A stretch of DNA of 64,000 nucleotides from contig NC_082716.1 in assembly GCF_030144855.1 (NCBI RefSeq), forward strand, positions 74,834,001 through 74,898,000. The letters run 5' to 3'. Position 1 is the first letter of the stretch. Each line of letters opens with the position of its first letter. The notes below the pieces were generated by a model, which did no database searches, was not told the DNA's origin, and saw only the letters and a list, made by a program, of their open reading frames with translations. Origin of the DNA: Hypanus sabinus (lineage: Eukaryota). Position numbers and translations under genes: made by a program. Below are positions 12,259 to 24,848 of the stretch, one piece after another.

Positions 12259-12513
12259 TAGTGGTCACCAACCATTTTAAGCTCGCGATCCCCTACCTCA
12301 GCCTTAGTGAAAGGCAAGATCGACTCCAAATCAATTAGTTACACACATGCACACCAGGACAGAAAGAACGGAACTAAAACCCCGCAACCCAGAAACAATC
12401 TCTCAACAGTATTTGTGTATTTATTTTTCTTTTCTTTTTTTTCTCTCCGGGATCTACTGGGAAAGTCTCAAAGATTGACTAGTCGATTGCGATCGATGGG
12501 TTGGCGACCATTA
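12259..12513. mobile_element. hAT (Charlie-like) MITE
   Basis: TIRs tagtggtcaccaacc / ggttggcgaccatta; 8-bp TSD aatcaggg / aattaggg. Confidence 0.8.
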
Positions 12514-12699
12514 AATTAGGGAAACTATCTCAGCAATTTTAGATATCCCAAGAATCTCTCCAAGAATCCCAAACTACCTAAAGTACTTATTCCAGGAATC
12601 AATCTAGTGAAATGTTGCAGCAGCTCATTTCCTTTGTTAAAGAGACCATTAATGTTTAATGTTCACTATTCTTGGTCTCCTTTACAATTGTACATAGAA

Positions 12700-14620
12700 A
12701 AGTACAACACTAACAGGCCATTCAGTACACATTGTTGTGCCAATCTAGATGAAAATTCATGCTAAATGTCCTCCCCCTATGTATCGTTCATATCCTTCTT
12801 TTCCTTTGATATTCATGTGTCTAACCAACACCTTCTAAAGCTTCACCAAATTACCCGATTTCACCAGTATTCCTATTCCTATTCCAGGCACCATCCACTC
12901 CGAGTGAAAAGCTTGCCCCTCACATCACCTTTAAACTTCCCCCACCAACCTTAAAAGCATGTTCTCCAGTATTTCACACAAAATGCTGGTGGAACACAGC
13001 AGGCCAGGCAGCATCTATAGGGAGAAATGCTGTTGACGTTTTGGGCCGAGACTTCGACAGCACTTCTCCCTATAGATGCTGCCTGGCCTGCTGCGTTCCA
13101 CCAGCATTTTGTGTGTGTTGCTTGAATTTCCAGCATCTGCAGATTTCCTTATATTTGCTTCTCTAGTATTTGACATTTCTACCCTCCCTCTCAATTTTAA
13201 AAACCTCTATCGTCTTCCCTCAGCTTCTGATGTTCTAGAGAGAAAAACACTAGTTTGTCCAACCTTTCCTTACAGCTTTTGCTGTCTAATCCAGGAAACA
13301 TCCAGAAAACCTCTTCTATACCATCTCTTCATTCTTCCTAATAATAGGGTGACCAGAACCGCATTCAATAATCCAACTACAGCTGTCCTTAAGCACGCCA
13401 TGCATTTACAAATGTGCACAAATCCTAACCCACAGTATCCTTTCCAATAGTTTCTCTACCATTTACATGAGTTCACTAACCTATAAATATCTGGATTATG
13501 CCTACTTCCTTTCTTGAACAAAGACCACAGCATTTGCTACCCTCATCCTCCAGGACTTTGCCTGTTGCTGGCAGGCCACAAAGATCCTTGTCAAAGCACC
13601 AGCAATCTCTTCCTTTGCTTACTTCAATATTCAAATAGGCCATCAGGCATCCTTAATGCTTTTCAAAATACCCAGCACTACCTCCTCCTCGATCTCAAAA
13701 ATGTTGTAGCACATCAGCATGTCCCAGTCTGCTTGTACTATCCTCGAAATTCTCCTTGATAAATACCAATACATTTAACACTTCAGCCACTTTGTCTAAT
13801 TCCAAGCATAAACTTTCTTATTCTTTATCTTTTTCTTAATATAGGTACAAAATCCCTTGGGCTTCTCCTTGATCCAGCTCACGAAGAATAGCTCATGGCC
13901 TCTTTTGGACTTCCAAATCACCTACTTCAGCAGTACTTACCTGCTAACTTTGTATTCTACAAGGGCTCAGTGTGATTTTAGCTTTCTAATTTTACGCATG
14001 CTTCCCTTTTCCCTCCAACTAATTTAGGACCTGTTGGTTCATCCATGGTTCCCTTACCTTACCATCCTTGTCCTTACTCCTTACCAGGTGATACCAATTC
14101 TGAACTCTAATCCACTGGTCTTTTAATAACTTCTACGTCAGACATGGATTGTCCAACAACAGCAGGCCCCAATCAACACTTCTCAGCTCCAGTCCTATCT
14201 GGTCAGAGTTCGCCCTCCCCACAAGATCCAATTTTGTCCTTATTCATAACTATTTTAAAACGTAATGAGTTGTCACTATTCCCAAAATGTTCACCTATTA
14301 CAAGGTCTGCACTGGTCTGCCTGATTTCCCTAAACCACGTCCAGTATGTTTTCTCTTCTAGTTCAACTCTCCAAATACTATTACAAGACCCCTTTTGGAT
14401 GCACTGAAGAAATGCCAATCAATTGTATGGTTAAAGCTCTCACTATGACAATCTTATTACTCCTTCACCTTTCCATCATCTATCTACATATCTATCTATT
14501 CCTCTGCCTCGCAGTGGCTATGGGAGGGGTGGCTATAGTATAATCCCATCAGTGTAACTGCACCTTTCTTACTTCTGAACTCAACCCAAATTGTCAACGT
14601 GGATGAATGCTCCTAGTGCC
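12700..14620 (-). mobile_element. Old fragmented CR1 LINE
   Basis: CR1 endonuclease remnant (GEHFGNSDNSLRFKI) and 3' tail (aacaggccattcag). Boundaries approximate. Confidence 0.6.
12975..13158. repeat. Penelope-terminus inverted repeat (62-bp arms) insertion
   Basis: Arms 12975-13036 and 13054-13115 differ at 3 positions. 13-bp TSD ttctcYagtattt at 12962-12974 and 13159-13171. Confidence 0.85.
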
Positions 14621-14639
14621 TTAAATTCCCGCTGCAGCA

Positions 14640-15130
14640 TCTTATCCCTCTTCCTGCCTACCTCTGCAACAATGAGGCCACTCTCAGAGGGAGAAGCAAC
14701 ATTTCATATTCCATCTAGGTAATCTTCAGCATGAACACCATTTTCTCCTTCCCTTCCAGTCTCTATCCTCTTACTACTATTCACCTGCCTATCATTTCCC
14801 CTGGTGCCACTCCTCCCATTTCTCTCATGGTCCATTCTTTTATCAGATTCCTTCTTTTACAATCCCTTGCCTTTTCCACCCAACGCCTCCCCAGCTTCTC
14901 AATAATCCCCCCTCCCCCAGATACCTGGGTACTATCACTTTCTAGCTTGTCCTCCTTCCTCTGTCCCCACCTTTTTATATTGGCATCTAACCCCTTCCTT
15001 TCCAGTCCTGATGAAGGGTATAGTTCAGAAACATCAACTGTCCATTCATTTCGATAGATGCTGCCTGACCTGTTGAGTTCCTCCAGAAGTTAGAATGTGT
15101 TTTCTGGATTTCCAGCACCTGTAGAACCTT
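14640..15130 (+). mobile_element. Penelope-like element 3' fragment with degenerate hammerhead
   Basis: EKQHFIFHLG remnant, a pyrimidine tract, cagtc-CTGATGA...GAAACATC-aactg at 15003-15040, then the gatgctgcctgacctg terminus. Confidence 0.7.
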
Positions 15131-18100
15131 GTGCTTATAATCTGCAGAATATGTTGTGTCTATCATTAATGCCTAATGTACCAGGACCCCTGGCTGCTCA
15201 ACCTCCCCTGTAAGGATATCTGCAAGACATCCTTGACTCCGCACCAAGGCAACACATCATCCTCAGGTCTCAATTGGGGTCACAGAAAAGCCTGTTACTA
15301 TTGAGTTCCCCTATCTAATTTCATCCTTACCTACGTTGCCTCAGAACCAGGCATGGTGTCAATAACCTAGCTGCTGGTGCTAGCTTCTGAAAGGTCATAC
15401 CCCACCATCCCTCTCTACCAACAGTACCTATGACTGAGGGGAATGGGACAACAGAACCTGTACATTCACCTGCACCTCCAGTTCCTTGGCCTGAAGTCTC
15501 ACCCTGATGTTCTTCCCAAAGATAGTCATCAGGGAGACCATGAAGTTCTATGACTTCACACATCTTGCAGAAGGAATGCTCCACTGCCCTAACTACCATT
15601 TTGTCTTCAGTAAGTCAAAGGACTCAGATCAACAGGAAAATAAAAGCCTTGCCTGTTACTCTGCTACTCACCTGTGCCCCTTCGCCAAAAGCCTTGAGCA
15701 AAGAACTCAGTTTCCCACTCTTACACTGTCCCACTCTCCCAATGGCCACCCCAAAATGACTGCTCTACTTTACCTGAACTTCCTTTTATTGGCTGAGTTG
15801 CCACACACTCAGCCAGTCACAAACAACTTAAAAAAGACTCCTTCCCTTCCATTTCTGACTGCTGCAACTACAAAAACAAGCTTTCAAATGAGAAAAAAAA
15901 ACTGAAAAAGCTCTTTACCAAACCTCCTTACTTTTATGCTAACTTAAGAGATTATACTCCACATTTCACCTAATCATTTTTCTACACTATATACCATTGC
16001 TGTATTAAATAGAGCTTAGTGGAACCAAAATAGTTACACACTGCATTTGTAAAAATGATCCATTCATTCTACTCCATTTCCCATCCATTAACCTACAAAT
16101 CATAATAATACAATAATCTTGTGTGTCTTTTGAAAATCTATACAGTATTCTGTATATCATGTTTCCTTGCATCTCAAAAATACACAGTAAATTATATTTT
16201 TAACTTTCATTTTCATTAAGAACATTTATTTTCCATTTGCACTGTCATATCCCTGATAAGAGATGCCAACATCTTTCCTAAATGGATGCTAAACTATCCA
16301 GCCCAGTTCCCCTATTTTTTCATATTCCCCACTTTCTTGAATAGGTTATAGTTAGTATCTTCCAACTCATAAAAACTATTGTAGACTCTCGCATCTTCTC
16401 AAAGAACAAAACCAGCACAGTTAAATTCAGATCAGGGCTTCCTTGCATGTCCTACTTCTGTTTTAACAATTTGCCTAGAAATATTGCTCCAATATTGTTA
16501 TGATCACTTGAGTAAGATAATGGTGGGGGAAATCAGGGATTCTAAACAAAAGGAAAGAACTTAATAAGGGAAGATATGCTAAAAGAACACAGCTATACTT
16601 GAAAAAGAATCTTAAAAAAAACTAATGTTTTTATCAAGACTTTCACCCTGTTTTGGTGAAATAAACTTTTCTAAAGCTTAAACTAGTTAAAATATTTTAA
16701 AATCTTTCCAGGCAATTTTCATTACATGAAGTGTTAGAATTTCCAAAGAGTTTCAAATATAGTCCTCACAATATAGTGAAGACCATTTAGCCCATAAAGT
16801 CTATTTTAACTGTCAGCACAATCACATCAATACCATTCCATCACTTATTTTTCTGCAACCTATTCTACACACTCCTTACTTCTGATCTACATACCCAACA
16901 CTGCAATCCTTAATAAAATGCTTTGTCTGGAATTCCCAATTGCAGACAAAAAAAAACACATACTTATCTACACCATTTTAAACCAGTAAGATAAATTTTC
17001 CTGACAGAAAATGAATTACTTTCAACCAAGAATCTTTCTTGAAGATTCTTCATAGGGACGGCTTGTAGATTCTACTGAAATGACATTTTCAGAAAGACTG
17101 CAGTTTTTTTTTAAAATGCAAAGCTTGGTAAGAGAATGAACTATAAAAGATCTTCAGAATCAGAAAGGTAAGATCAAATTAGCAAAGAGATCTTCGTCAC
17201 CAATGGTTTGTCTAATATACAGCATTGTAATGCATGTGGTATTGACACTGCACTCAAACTGATTAGGTTAACCATCTGCAATTTATGTTAACAATTGTTA
17301 CTTACAACACAGCTATAACTGCAGCAAAACAGATTTAATCATTAGCCCAATACCAATGAGTTACATTGATCTTCAACACATCTCCAGCATGACCTTTTCT
17401 ACATCGCTCTGTGATAGGATCTATAAAAATGTAATACCTACAATAATTGTTGGTGAATGATAATTGGAATCTACTTTTGTGGAATATGCTACACGTGCTG
17501 TACTTAAAAACAACATTCGTTCTTCTGGCAGCTGAAAAATTAGAAACTTCCAAAAAGTACTGGTACATCACAAATCCATCTTTTGAATTCAACTTTATTC
17601 AGTACAATCCACCCATAATAAACTCAGGTTTACTTTGTTCCCACTTTTACTTTCATGTCCACATTATTATTTTCAGATAAATGTTATCAAAATTAGAAAG
17701 AGCGCAATATGCTCAAAGGATTTCTCAGAATATTCCTCAAACCTGATACCCCTCAAATGCTTAATCCAACACTACAGAAACATTAACTCTCGCCAGCCTG
17801 TTCACAACAAAGAAATACAACTAAACAGCATTCTTCCTGTAAACTCACTGAACAAAATGTAGAGCACAACTTTGATTATACCCTAACTTCACTAGGATGT
17901 CTCTAGTTAACATTACAAATACCTTGACAGCAGGAAGTCAAAAGAACTCCATAGTTAAAATAATTTGCTGTGGCAGAACAGGCTTAAAGTTCAATTACAT
18001 ATTCTGTTTACAATTTCCTGTTGAATCCAACAGGCATACAACTAAGAAACTAGCAACCCAAAATGTGAGTCTGCTGTTCAGCCACCCTAGAAACCTGATG

Positions 18101-18147
18101 CAACAACACTCTGAACTAAATGATTTAGTGGGGTTTCTTTCCAAAAT

Positions 18148-18300
18148 TTAAATCAAATCTAATGCAAAGTTACGAATGACATCCAGAGCCCCAGTGTCAA
18201 AACCACAGACATCCATCATGCCTCTGTCATCTGGGTCAGCAATGGCGAAACCGTTAGAACCCAGTCCACAAACCACCAATTTGGCAGGAATGCCCATTTT
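18148..18300 (-). CDS. RO60: RO60 exon 9 (last coding exon)
   Basis: [53 protein letters not shown] at 18150-18148. Confidence 0.97.
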   Translation of the reverse strand, partial: KMGIPAKLVVCGLGSNGFAIADPDDRGMMDVCGFDTGALDVIRNFALDLI

Positions 18301-18470
18301 CTGCAACAAAAAAAAAGTTGATCAACAGATTTCTGGAGGTTGAAGACAATTCATATAGATTAAAGGTTAGCTATTCATTCTCTATACTGTAGAACAATTT
18401 GGGAAATACAGTGGATTCTGGTTAATTGGGCCATCAGATAATCAGGGCAGCCACCTATCTGAGACAACTC

Positions 18471-21400
18471 TTTTTTTTAAATAAACTTTTTTTTAATTGA
18501 GTTTTCAAATAATTACAGAAATAAAAGAAAATATATGAAAAAAAATATATACCCTACCCCACTCCCCCCTAACATCCCTATATAAAAAAGAAAGGAAAAA
18601 AAAAGAAAGAAAGAAAGAGTGCCTGGATATCGGAAGATCCCCACATGCTCCATGGAGTTCGTAATAACTTTAGTATATATTTTTATTTCTTACCCCAAAT
18701 AACCAATTATTTCATCTTCGGAGCACCTATATATTTAATCCTGTCTTTTGTAAATAAGGGCGCCAAATTTTCAAAAATGTTTCATACTTATCTCTTAAAT
18801 TGTAAGTAATTTTTTCAAGAAGAATACAGCCATAAATTTCCTTCTTCCAATCTATACTTAAGTATGTATCCGATTTCCAAGTAACTGCAATAGCCTTTTC
18901 GGTTACTGCCAATGCAATTTTTATAAATTCTTTCTGATATTTATTCAATTTGGGTTTCGGTTTTATCCGTTCAATATCGCCTAGTAAAAATAATATTGGA
19001 TTATGCGGAAGTTGTGTTCCAATAAAGCTCTTAAATTTGTCCAAAAAGGTTGAATTTTAGAACAAGACCAAGTAGAATGTAAAAAAATACCGATTTCTTG
19101 CTTACATCGGAGACACTGATCAGATAAATTTGGGTTTTATTTATTTATTTTTTGTGGTGTAATATATAATTGATGTAAAAAATTATATTGCACTAATCTT
19201 AACCGGACATTTATTGTATTTGTCATACTATCAAGACATAGTCTTGAACAATTTGTTTCTTCAATTTTAATATTCAAGTCACTTTCCCATTTTTGTCTTG
19301 ATGTATGGACTCCTTGTTTAATTGCCTGTTTTTGAATCAAGTTATACATACAAGAGATAAATTTTTTAATCTTTCCTTTTTGAATTAAAGTTTCTAATTC
19401 ATTAGATTTTGGCAATAACATTGTTTGACCTAATTTTTCTCTTAAATAAGCTCTTATTTGGAAGTAACAAAAAAAAAGTATTGTTTGATACTTTATATTT
19501 ATTCTTTAATTGATCAAATGACATTAATATACCTCCTTCAAAACAATCTCCTATATATGTAATCCCTTTTTGAAACCAATTATATAAAAGTTGATTATCT
19601 ATTGTAAAAGGAATAAGTCTATTTTGAATTAAAGATCTTTGCTAATAAAGATTTCTTTGTCTCATCATCAACATTTCTCTTATTCCATAAGTCAATCAAA
19701 TGTTTTAATATAGGAGATTCTTTCTTTTCCCGTATCCATTTAGATTCCCATTTATATATAAAATCTTCTGGTGTATTTTCTCTTATTTTATGTAATTCTA
19801 TTCTAATCCATGCCGGTCTATCTTTCTCAAAAAAAGATGCAATAAATCTAAGTTGGTTTGCTTTATAATAATTATTAAAATTTGGAAGTTGTAACCCTCC
19901 TAGATCAAATTTCCATGTCAATTTTTCCAACGATATTCTTGACATCTTACCTTTCCAAAGAAACTTCCTCACATATTTGTTTAACTCTTGAAAAAACTTC
20001 TGAGGTAGTTGTATTGGTAGTGATTGAAAGAAGTATTGTAGTCTAGGGAATATATTCATTTTTATGGTATTTACTCTATCTACTAATGTATTGGTAATAC
20101 CATCCATTTATCAAGATCTTCTTGAATTTTTTTCAGTAATGGTAAGTAATTTAATTTATATAAGTTCTTTATATCATTATCAACTCTTATACCTAAATAT
20201 TTTATACTATTTGCCGGCCATCTGAATTGAGTTATTAATCAACATTGACTATAATCTCCTTTAGTAAGAGGTAAAATTTCACTTTTATCCCAATTTATTT
20301 TATAACCTGATATTTTCCCATATTCTTCTAATCTATAGGATAATTTACGCAACGAGTGCAATGGGTTTGTTAAATAAAGCAGAACATCATCAGCAAATAA
20401 GTTAATCTTGTATTCTTCCTGATTAACTCTAAAACCCTTAAGATCTGTGTCCATTCTAATTAATTCAGCTAATGGTTCTATCGCCAACACAAATAAAGCA
20501 GGTGATAATGGACAACCTTGCCTAGTTGACCTTGTTAGCTGAAATGGTGTTGAAATTTGACCATTTGTCACTACTTTAGCTTTGGGATTAGTATTTAAGG
20601 TTTTAATCCATTTTATAAAAGATAATCCTAATCCATACTTTTCCAATACCTTAAATAAAAAAAAATCCCATTCCAATCTATCAAATGCTTTTTCTGCATC
20701 CAAAGCAACTGCCACACTCATTTCCTCCCTCTTTTGTGCCAAATGAATTATACTAAATAACCGAGTTACATTATCTGCCGATTGTCTGTTTTTAATAAAT
20801 CCTGTTTGATCCATATGTACTAATTTTGGTATGTATTTAGATAATCTGTTAGATAAGATTTTTGCTATTATTTTATAATCAGTATTTAATAAAGAAATAG
20901 GTCTATATGATGCTGGCTTTAAAAGATCTCTATCTTTTTTTGGCAATACTATTAAAATAGCTGTCGAAAAAGCTTCTGGAAGTTTATGTGTTCTTTCTGC
21001 TTGATGTATTAACTCCATAAAAGGAGGAATTAATAAATCTTTAAACTTTTTATAAAATTCAGGCGGAAAACCATCTTCTCCTAGAGATTTATTACTTTGA
21101 AGTGATCCTAGAGCTTCTTCGACCTCTTTCAATGTAAAAGGCATAGCTAATCTTTTCTGCTCTTCCGTATTTAATTTTGGAAGAGTTATTTGTGATAAAA
21201 ACCTTTCTATCTTGATATTATCATTTTGTGATTCTGATTTATACAACTCAGAATAAAAATTCTTAAAAGTTTCATTAATTTCTAAAGGTTTATAAGTAAT
21301 TTTATTTACTCTTGTTCAAATTGCATTTATTGTTTTAGAAGTCTGGTCTGTTTTTAATTGCCATGCAAGGACCTTATGTGATCTTTCACCTAGTTCATAA

Positions 21401-24095
21401 TATCTCTGTTTAGTTCTCAAAATTGCTTTTTCTGTTCGATATGTCTGGAGTGTATTATATTGTAACTTATTAATAAGTTATCTTCATTTTTCTTCTGTCA
21501 TATTTCTTTGAGATTCTTTTTCTGTTTGTAATCTCTTTTTCCAATTGATCTATTTCTATCATATATTCCTTCTTAATTTTAGAAGTATAACTTATTATCT
21601 GACCTCTCAAATATGCCTTCGTTGCTTCCCACAATATGAATTTATCATCAACTGAATGTGAATTTGTATCTAAAAAGAACTGAATCTGCTTTTTCATAAA
21701 ATCACAACAATCTTGATGTTTTAGTAACATTGAATTAAATCTCCATCTATAAATTGATTCCTCTTTATCTGTCATTATCAAAGGAGAATGATCTGACAAT
21801 ATTCTCGCTTTATATTCCACATTTTTCACTCTATCTTGAATATTCATTGATAATAGGAAAAAATCTACCCTTGAATATGTTTTATGTCTATTTGAATAAA
21901 ATGAGTAATCTCTTTATTTTGGATTAATTCTTCTCCATATATCAATCAAGTTTAAGTCTTTCATCAATGATAGAGTTAATTTTACTACTTTTGATTTTGT
22001 GACAACCTTTGTTGATCTATCTAAAACTGGATCTAGACAAAAGTTAAAATCTCCACATATTAATATTTTGTCATATGCGTTAGCCAAATTCAAAAAGACC
22101 TCGTATAAATTTTACATCATTTTCATTTGGTGCATAAATATTCATAAGAATCCATTGTTCCAAAAAAATTTGACGATGTATAATTACATATCTCCCCGCT
22201 GAATCAATTAATACGTTTTGTATTTTAATAGGTAATTTTTTATTAACCAAAATTGCAATTCCTCTCACCTTTGAATTAAATGAAGCTGCAATAACATTTC
22301 CAACCCAGTCTCTTTTTAATTTCTGATGTTCTTTGTCTGTTAAATGTGTTTCTTGTAAAAAAAAAGCTATATCTGTTTTCATTTTTTAAAATGTATGTTA
22401 AAATTCTTTTTCCCGGTCCATTAAGCCAATTAACATTAAAACTTAAAAAATTCTGTAAATTAGTCATTATTTTTAATTATGTTACTCCAATCTATAATAA
22501 TACCTAATCTTTCAACTTTCGTGGTATCTTGGGAAATCTTTTTAAAATTCTCCATGCTGCTATGTGTGTCCCCACCGATCATCCAGGCAGAAAGATAGAA
22601 GAACAATAGAGTATAAAGAAAAAAAGCAAAATACCCCCCTACTAATGTTGTGAAAAAAAAAAGGAACACAACATTACCCCCCTCTGTTGTACGGGTCATG
22701 GCAATCGCCGTGATTACACACGTGAATCACGCAGTAACCGATCCAAAGCTCCCCAGCACCCCCCCCCCGCAACATAAAAAAAGTATATATATACATACAA
22801 GAAGAAAAAATACTATTCTCAATTAGTATTTCTGAAATTTTGCTTTTCTCCCCTGTATCATCCTTAAATGTCCATCACTTCCATTCACTGTCTCTATCTT
22901 CATCTTTAATCCGTTACACTTGGAAGTATCTATGTGTAATTAGCAAATAAATGGAAGTTTTTGTGTGAACTCCTGTGCTTCTCGATAATCGATAAAAAAT
23001 CTTTTTCCTTCATCCAAAAAGATTATCAGCGTTGCTGGGTGACGCATTATAAATTTATAACACTTTTCCCATAAGACTTTTTTCGCTGGGTTAAATTCCT
23101 TCTTTCTCTTCAAAAGGTTATAACTTATATCAGGATAAAAAAAGAACTGCCTTCCCTGCTATCATCAATGGCCCGTTTCTCTTTTTGGCACATTGGACAG
23201 CCGCCTTTAGGATCTTTTCTTTATCTTGGTATCTTAAGCATCTTATCAAAATTGATCGTGGATTTTGATCAGCTTAAGATCTTGACCTTAAGGCTCTATG
23301 AGTCCTTTCAGTCTCAATTAGAGTTTCTCCTTCCATTTCCAATTTTTCAGGGATCCATTTTTGAAAAAAAAATATTGGATCTTCTCCTTCTATATCTTCT
23401 TTAAGTCCAACAATTTTAATATAGTTTCGTCTACTAAAATTTTCAAGCCTATCAATTTTTTCCATAAATTGTTTTCTTTCTGATGTCCAGGCAGTAGTAT
23501 CATTTTCCATTTTATTCATTCTTTCAACTATGTCTTCCGTTGTAGTTTCCAAATCTATAATTCTCTTTTCAATTTTTTCCTGTCTTTTTGTCGTTTTATC
23601 AAGCATCATCTCCATATTTGTCATTTTTCTTTTGATTACTTTTAATGCGCCTAATTTACGCATTATTTGCATCAAAGTCTTTTCTATATTTCCAGAAAGA
23701 CTTTTACCTCCATCTTCATCTGATTTTTCCAGAGAATCTGACTCTCCCTCAGATTCACTTTCAGTTTCAGTCATTACTGGGATTTGTAGTTCTGGTTGCT
23801 CCCGTTCGCGCATGCTCCTTCCTTCACGTTTGCGCAGTTCTCGTTGATCTTTTTCTTTAGAAACGGTCGATGTTGCCACAGTTTCCTGTTCTGTATCGCT
23901 GGTCGTATAATGTACCTGAGCCCGCGGTTCTTTGGCAGAAGAGGGCCTCGATTCTGTTCCAACTTGCGTTGCCTTCATGGTAGTAGTTTTCTTCATCTTC
24001 TGTTTGTGAGGCATAACTTGAAACAATCCGGAGTAGTTTATAAGTAACTTTTAGAAAGTATTGACTAACTTTTCTTCAGTTAAACATTAACTTAC
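18471..24095 (-). mobile_element. Near full-length L1-clade LINE, frameshifted, in RO60 intron 8
   Basis: ORF1 runs about 24014-22930 with coiled coil and DRLENFSRRNYIKIVGLKE. ORF2 runs 22467-18727 with APE endonuclease (SFNVN, LQETHL, NIYAPN, SDHSP), RT (YRPISLLN, DAEKAFD, RQGCPLSP, LFADD) and a Cys-rich C-terminus. A-tail near 18471-18495. Confidence 0.93.
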
Positions 24096-24322
24096 TGATC
24101 AAGAAAATAGTTAGGATTCCCTTCATTATCTGGCACAGGAGATTTTGACAAACAGATTTTAATTAGCCATTAGACATTGCACTGTACTTAGAACAGTTTT
24201 TAAATAGCATCAGTTGTGTGTGTTTGTGATTTTTAAATCACTGATTAAGAAAATTCAGAACTGTTTTGCTCACTGCAGTTTCAAACACCGCGGCTTGGAG
24301 ATACCAGAAATGTCCAGGAGTG

Positions 24323-24848
24323 CACATTTTCACTTGTTTGCAATTGGATTATTACACTGCGAAGTCTCTTCCAAGGATCCTACCCTGAAGAAGTTTAACT
24401 CTTCCCTTCAACGGGAGTTCAGTGAAACTCTGTCACTGCTCCCCCTCTGCGGTCTCTGCAGTCCTCTGACTTTTTGACCACATGCTTACCCAGACCCGCT
24501 ACCACAGCCGTGCATCCTTCCTGGAAACATTCCTTTGATCTTGCTTGCCCATCGCCTCCCTCTGGTGCTCCTCGTCCCTTTTCTTTCTTCCATGGCCTTC
24601 TGTCCTCTATTAGACTCCCTCTTCTCCAGCCCTGTACCTTTCACCAATTAACTTCCCAGTTCTTTACTTCACCCCTCCCCCTTCCAGTTTCACCTATCAC
24701 CTTGTGTTTCTCCCTCCCCTCCCTCTACCTTTTAAATTTTCTCATTTTTTTTTCTCCAGTCCTGCTGAATGGTCTCAGTCCCAAAAGTTGACTCTTTTCC
24801 ATAGATGCTGCCTGGCCTGCTGAGTTCCTCCAGCATTTTGTGTATATT
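24323..24848 (+). mobile_element. Penelope-type 3' fragment inserted in the Tigger
   Basis: GAGTG duplicated at 24318-24322 and 24849-24853; ends with the gatgctgcctggcctgctgagttcctccagcattttgtg terminus. Confidence 0.65.

Noticed and set aside
20239-21246. 335-aa RT ORF as a domesticated gene or retron-like system
   Set aside because: It is one frameshift-bounded piece of the L1 ORF2, collinear with the EN and C-terminal fragments.
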